Shown one piece after another: positions 61,042 through 64,000 of a stretch of 64,000 bases of DNA. The notes beneath the pieces were generated by a model. It ran no database searches and was not told the DNA's origin. It saw only the letters and a list, made by a program, of their open reading frames with translations. A program made the translations under genes and the position numbers. The first letter of the stretch is position 1. Each line of letters begins with the position of its first letter. The DNA is from Candidatus Nezhaarchaeales archaeon (GTDB lineage: Archaea > Thermoproteota > Methanomethylicia > Nezhaarchaeales > WYZ-LMO8), in NCBI GenBank assembly GCA_038887515.1, contig JAWAKK010000002.1, positions 32,001 through 96,000 on the forward strand. The letters are read 5' to 3'.

Positions 61042-61550
61042 TTTCCTTCTAAAAACTTCTCGTTGATTGTAATGAAGTTAGGTCCCCACTTAAATACTGA
61101 AAGTAGTCCTTTTGCTTGATCCTTAAAACCTAGTATATAGAGCGATGCGGCCAAGGCTTCTACCGTCGATAATACATAGGGGTTACCGAAATTGACTGGA
61201 TTTACGGCTATTAATCTCGGCAATTTTCTATGAAGTCCCTTAATCTTAACCTTGCTGAAGAAGTCTTCAGCGCTCTTCCACGAGCAATCTACTGCTAATA
61301 TACCTTGCTTTAAGGCAGTCTCTCTATCCTTAAACGATAAACAATCCTTCGCTAAAGGGTTCAAGACTATGCAGCCGCGAGGAGCGTCTCTCACTCTATA
61401 TATTGGTTTTACTAAGCTAAACTTAGCTAGCTTATTAGCTGTACACTTTTCTGGATCGCATTCTTCAACCATTAGAACATAAATCTTTACTCCGCGTTGC
61501 TCGTTCATCGATGAAAACCTTCGATCAAAAACATATAAACTATGCTCCAA
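61038..61550 (-). CDS. tsr3: 16S rRNA aminocarboxypropyltransferase (start probably ATG 61508)
   Basis: CDPEKCT, VDCSW, AVNPVNFG, LSTVEA, FKWG. Confidence 0.93.
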   Translation of the reverse strand: MEHSLYVFDRRFSSMNEQRGVKIYVLMVEECDPEKCTANKLAKFSLVKPIYRVRDAPRGCIVLNPLAKDCLSFKDRETALKQGILAVDCSWKSAEDFFSKVKIKGLHRKLPRLIAVNPVNFGNPYVLSTVEALAASLYILGFKDQAKGLLSVFKWGPNFITINEKFLEGN

Positions 61551-62852
61551 TTACTAATTATTATTCAAACCCTTCAGGGGGAGGACAATAATTTGTCGGA
61601 GTTTGAGTTCCTGACCTTAGATGATGTCGAACTCGAGGATAAGAGGGTATTGGTAAGAGTCGACATAAACTCTCCGATAGGACCTAGAGGAGAGATACTC
61701 GACGAGAACAGGATAAAAGAAGCCAGCGTCACCTTAAGGGAACTTAAAGAAAGTAAGGTAGTCGTGATATCGCATCAGGGTAGGCCCGGCAAAAGTGACT
61801 TCGTCTCTCTAGAAAGGCACGCCGCCATTTTAGAGAAATACGTTGGAAGGCCGGTGAAGTTCATAGACGACCTGATGGGACCGGCCGTGAGAGGCGAGGT
61901 CTCAAAGCTTAAGAACGGCGATGTACTATTGCTCGAAAATACTAGGATGTACTCTGAGGAAACCATAGAGGCGCCGATAGAGGAATGCGCCAAAACTTTT
62001 CTCGTACGAAAACTGAGCCCACTCTTCGATGTGTTTGTTAACGATGCTTTCCCGGCAGCACACAGATCTCAACCTTCACTGGTCGGTTTCGCTTACGTCC
62101 TCCCATCAGTTGCCGGGAGATTAGTCGAAAAAGAGCTCAAAGCTTTAAGGAGGATTATTCCCCAGCTCAAAAAGCCCATAGTCTACCTACTTGGAGGTGC
62201 AAAGGTAGGAGACAGGTTAGAGGTTATTGAAACGTTGGCGAAGACAGGGCTTGTCGATAAGATTGTTATCGGGGGACTTTTAGCACCAGTATTTCTTGAA
62301 GCGAGTGGAATGAACCTCTCAAATAGTAATGTAAAGAAGAATAAGGAGTTTGAAGGTTACGTCGAAAGAGCTAGAAAGTTGTTACGGTGGAGAGAAGACG
62401 TATTTTTATTGCCCGTAGATGTAGCCGTCGATAAAAATGGTGAGAGGGTAGAGTATCCGGTCAATAGCATCCCGAGCGAATACAAAATTAAAGACTTAGG
62501 AGTTAGGACCGTGGATAAGATAGTCGACGTAGTCTCTAGTGCCGGGAGCATAATTGCTAATGGTCCTCTAGGAGTCTTCGAAGAAGAGCCTTTCGCCGTA
62601 GCTACATTAGAGGTTCTAAAAGTGGTTTCGAAAAGTAATGCTGTAAGTATAATTAGCGGTGGACACTTAACTACGGCTCTTCGCAGGCTGAAAGCAGAAG
62701 ATAAAGTTACTTATACGAGTACAGCTGGAGGGGCATTACTTCATCTGCTTGCTGGCAAGAGGTTACCAATAATAGATGCCCTTGAAATAGGGAAAGCAAA
62801 CGCAGAAAAGCTAAAGTTGATTAAGAGAAAGAAGGAGGAGAAAGGGCTGTGA
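61542..62852 (+). CDS. pgk: Phosphoglycerate kinase (start probably TTG ~61594)
   Basis: RVDINSP, SHQGRP, LLENTR, NDAF..AHR, GGAK, STAGGA. Confidence 0.96.
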   Translation: MLQLLIIIQTLQGEDNNLSEFEFLTLDDVELEDKRVLVRVDINSPIGPRGEILDENRIKEASVTLRELKESKVVVISHQGRPGKSDFVSLERHAAILEKYVGRPVKFIDDLMGPAVRGEVSKLKNGDVLLLENTRMYSEETIEAPIEECAKTFLVRKLSPLFDVFVNDAFPAAHRSQPSLVGFAYVLPSVAGRLVEKELKALRRIIPQLKKPIVYLLGGAKVGDRLEVIETLAKTGLVDKIVIGGLLAPVFLEASGMNLSNSNVKKNKEFEGYVERARKLLRWREDVFLLPVDVAVDKNGERVEYPVNSIPSEYKIKDLGVRTVDKIVDVVSSAGSIIANGPLGVFEEEPFAVATLEVLKVVSKSNAVSIISGGHLTTALRRLKAEDKVTYTSTAGGALLHLLAGKRLPIIDALEIGKANAEKLKLIKRKKEEKGL

Positions 62853-63883
62853 AGCCTAAAGTGAAGGTTTTAGTTAACGGCTACGGAGTTATAGGCAAGA
62901 GGGTTGCCGATGCCGTAGCTAAGCAAAACGACATGAAGCTTGTAGGGATATCGGATGTAGTTGCTGACTGGAGAGTTAAAATGGCTTCAAAGAAGGGTTA
63001 TAAAATCTTTTGCTCTTCGCCTGAAAGGCTTGAGCATATGAAGAAGGGAGGAATAGAAGTCGAGGGACTGATGACTGATGCCCTAAAAGATGTAGACGTT
63101 GTAGTTGATTGTACCCCAGCCAAGGTAGGTGCTAGGAACAAGGAAATCTATGTAAAGTACAACGTAAAAGCAATATTTGAAGGCGGTGAAGCGCACGAAA
63201 CAGCGGGAGTATCATTCGTTGCGACATGCAACTACCATGAAAGTCTAGGCAAACAGTTCACTAGGGTCGTTAGTTGCAATACTACTGCCCTCTGTAGGGT
63301 TCTCAATGCCTTAAAGAAGGCTTACCGGATCGTAAAGGCAAGGGCGGTAATAGTTAGAAGGGCTTGTGATGTATGGGAGTCGCATAAGTCCGGGATCATA
63401 AATACGATAGTCCCAGAGTTACACGTCCCATCACATCACGGCCCCGACGTTAAGACCGTCCTCCACGACGTGGACATAGTAACTATGGCCGCTAAGGGTT
63501 CTCACAACCTCTACCACATCCACTTCTGTATGATCGAATTAGAGGGCCAGCCAACCATCAGTGGAGTGTTGAAAGTCCTCGAAGAAGAGCCTCGAGTTAT
63601 CTTAGTTAGCGGCCGTGACGGCGTGGAGGCATTGAACTCGATAGTGGAGCTGGCAAGGGATTTAGGGAGACCTCGAGGAGACCTTTACGAGATACCCGTG
63701 TGGGAAGACGGAGTCTCAGTTAATGGTAACGAGGTATATTTAATGTGGGCTACCCCCAACGAATCTAACGTCATACCTGACAACATAGATGCGATTAGGG
63801 CCCTAACCGAGCTAGAAAGTGATTGGAAAGTTTCCGTAAAGAAGACCGACGAGAGTCTAGGGGTCCTCAATAAATTATACTAA
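62849..63883 (+). CDS. gap: Archaeal type II glyceraldehyde-3-phosphate dehydrogenase
   Basis: NGYGVIGKR, VVSCNTT, SHHGPDV, DNIDAIRA. Confidence 0.96.
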   Translation: MKPKVKVLVNGYGVIGKRVADAVAKQNDMKLVGISDVVADWRVKMASKKGYKIFCSSPERLEHMKKGGIEVEGLMTDALKDVDVVVDCTPAKVGARNKEIYVKYNVKAIFEGGEAHETAGVSFVATCNYHESLGKQFTRVVSCNTTALCRVLNALKKAYRIVKARAVIVRRACDVWESHKSGIINTIVPELHVPSHHGPDVKTVLHDVDIVTMAAKGSHNLYHIHFCMIELEGQPTISGVLKVLEEEPRVILVSGRDGVEALNSIVELARDLGRPRGDLYEIPVWEDGVSVNGNEVYLMWATPNESNVIPDNIDAIRALTELESDWKVSVKKTDESLGVLNKLY

Positions 63884-64000
63884 GGTACTAGCTCTGCGTT
63901 TCTTTAAGTAGTTGACTAGACCTTCCTCCTTCAATATTTCCATCAACATACTTGGCATCGGAGTAGCCTTAAACGTTAGAGACCTCGTCAGGTTCTTGAC
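63875..64000 (-). CDS. leuD: 3' end of 3-isopropylmalate dehydratase/homoaconitase small subunit
   Basis: VKNLTRSLTFKATPMPSMLMEILKEEGLVNYLKK. Confidence 0.7.
   Translation of the reverse strand, partial: VKNLTRSLTFKATPMPSMLMEILKEEGLVNYLKKRRASTLV

Overview
Archaeal chromosomal window, probably TACK/Thermoproteota-type. This is inferred from the single-OB SSB, TBP, Rpo6, thermosome, type II GAPDH, and an EF-2 with the diphthamide HRG motif standing outside a str operon. Layout: (1) 0-8 kb: cinA-like gene, phoU divergent from pstSCAB, and EF-2. (2) 8-17 kb: a decaying accessory island with many frameshifted or nonsense-interrupted PIN/VapC, MNT, HTH, Zn-finger and metalloprotease genes, one intact vapBC, and a C39-like peptidase divergent from an ABC exporter. 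(3) 17-38 kb: transport and stress genes (FmdE + Fec-type ABC, PadR + Drr ABC, MNT-HEPN, SpeD-like, ArsC, NEW3-ABC, DUF432-MscS). (4) 38-64 kb: mostly core genes, including an NrdH-like redoxin plus class III RNR. I see no CRISPR array, rRNA, complete tRNA, integrase or transposase. Elements missing from the ORF track: three box C/D sRNAs (one with both guides matching 16S helix 18), a tRNA 3'-end fragment (possible att scar), a 49-aa C2H2 zinc-finger microprotein, a 27-aa membrane peptide, a 24-bp promoter duplication and several candidate operators. I cannot prove a new multi-gene system from sequence alone. The best leads are ranked in the findings.
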